From the NCBI GenBank assembly GCA_963514005.1, contig OY740806.1:19840001-19904000 (forward strand): a DNA stretch of 64,000 bases. The letters run 5' to 3'. The notes under the pieces were generated by a model. It did no database searches. It saw only the letters and a list, made by a program, of their open reading frames with translations, and was not told the DNA's origin. The DNA comes from Raja brachyura. Lineage: Eukaryota. Shown in pieces: positions 63,840-64,000 of this stretch (position 1 is its first letter; every line of letters begins with the position of its first letter). Both the position numbers and the translations under genes were made by a program.

Positions 63840-64000
63840 AGGGGTTGTCCCACCAGCATGCAACACCATGCAATGAGCGCGACCTAACATGGTTGCTTGA
63901 GCCGTCCAGCGTCGCGGGGCCGGTCCCACTTCGATCGCCGAAGCTGTGCGGAATTGTGCGGAGTTCATCCCGACATCGCGCGGGGCTCCGAAAAACTGAC
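63840..64000. mobile_element. PIF/Harbinger-like element, left end (runs off the window)
   Basis: TTA followed by AGGGGTTGTCCCAC terminus; CpG-rich interior. Confidence 0.6.

Overview
Eukaryotic, repeat-rich vertebrate genomic DNA. The CR1, Penelope, SINE and MITE landscape suggests a cartilaginous fish, probably a skate or ray (inference). Nearly all ORFs in the supplied track are spurious or transposon fragments. Two spliced genes can be reconstructed by hand. (1) A complete 10-exon + strand gene (ATG 14066 to TGA 43961; 1473 nt, 490 aa) encoding a type I immunoglobulin-superfamily receptor: leader, germline-joined VJ-type domain, C1-like domain, I/C2 domain, uncharged TM, and a tail with an ITSM (TIYAVV) and two ITIMs (VSYADI, SEYSVV). 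It has a GC-AG first intron and IRF/ETS motifs upstream. I cannot assign it to a named gene. (2) The last three coding exons of a divergent cystathionine beta-synthase (CBS)-like gene on the - strand (63521 to 59922), with a candidate 9-nt microexon and an exon junction that recreates a splice donor. Also present: a near-perfect 113-nt hairpin inside a candidate minus-strand exon, Penelope elements whose terminal repeats carry minimal hammerhead-ribozyme cores, a young L1 insertion with a 15-bp TSD, and nested CR1, hAT, Harbinger and SINE insertions. Coordinates were counted by eye; comparisons with known proteins are from memory, not from searches.
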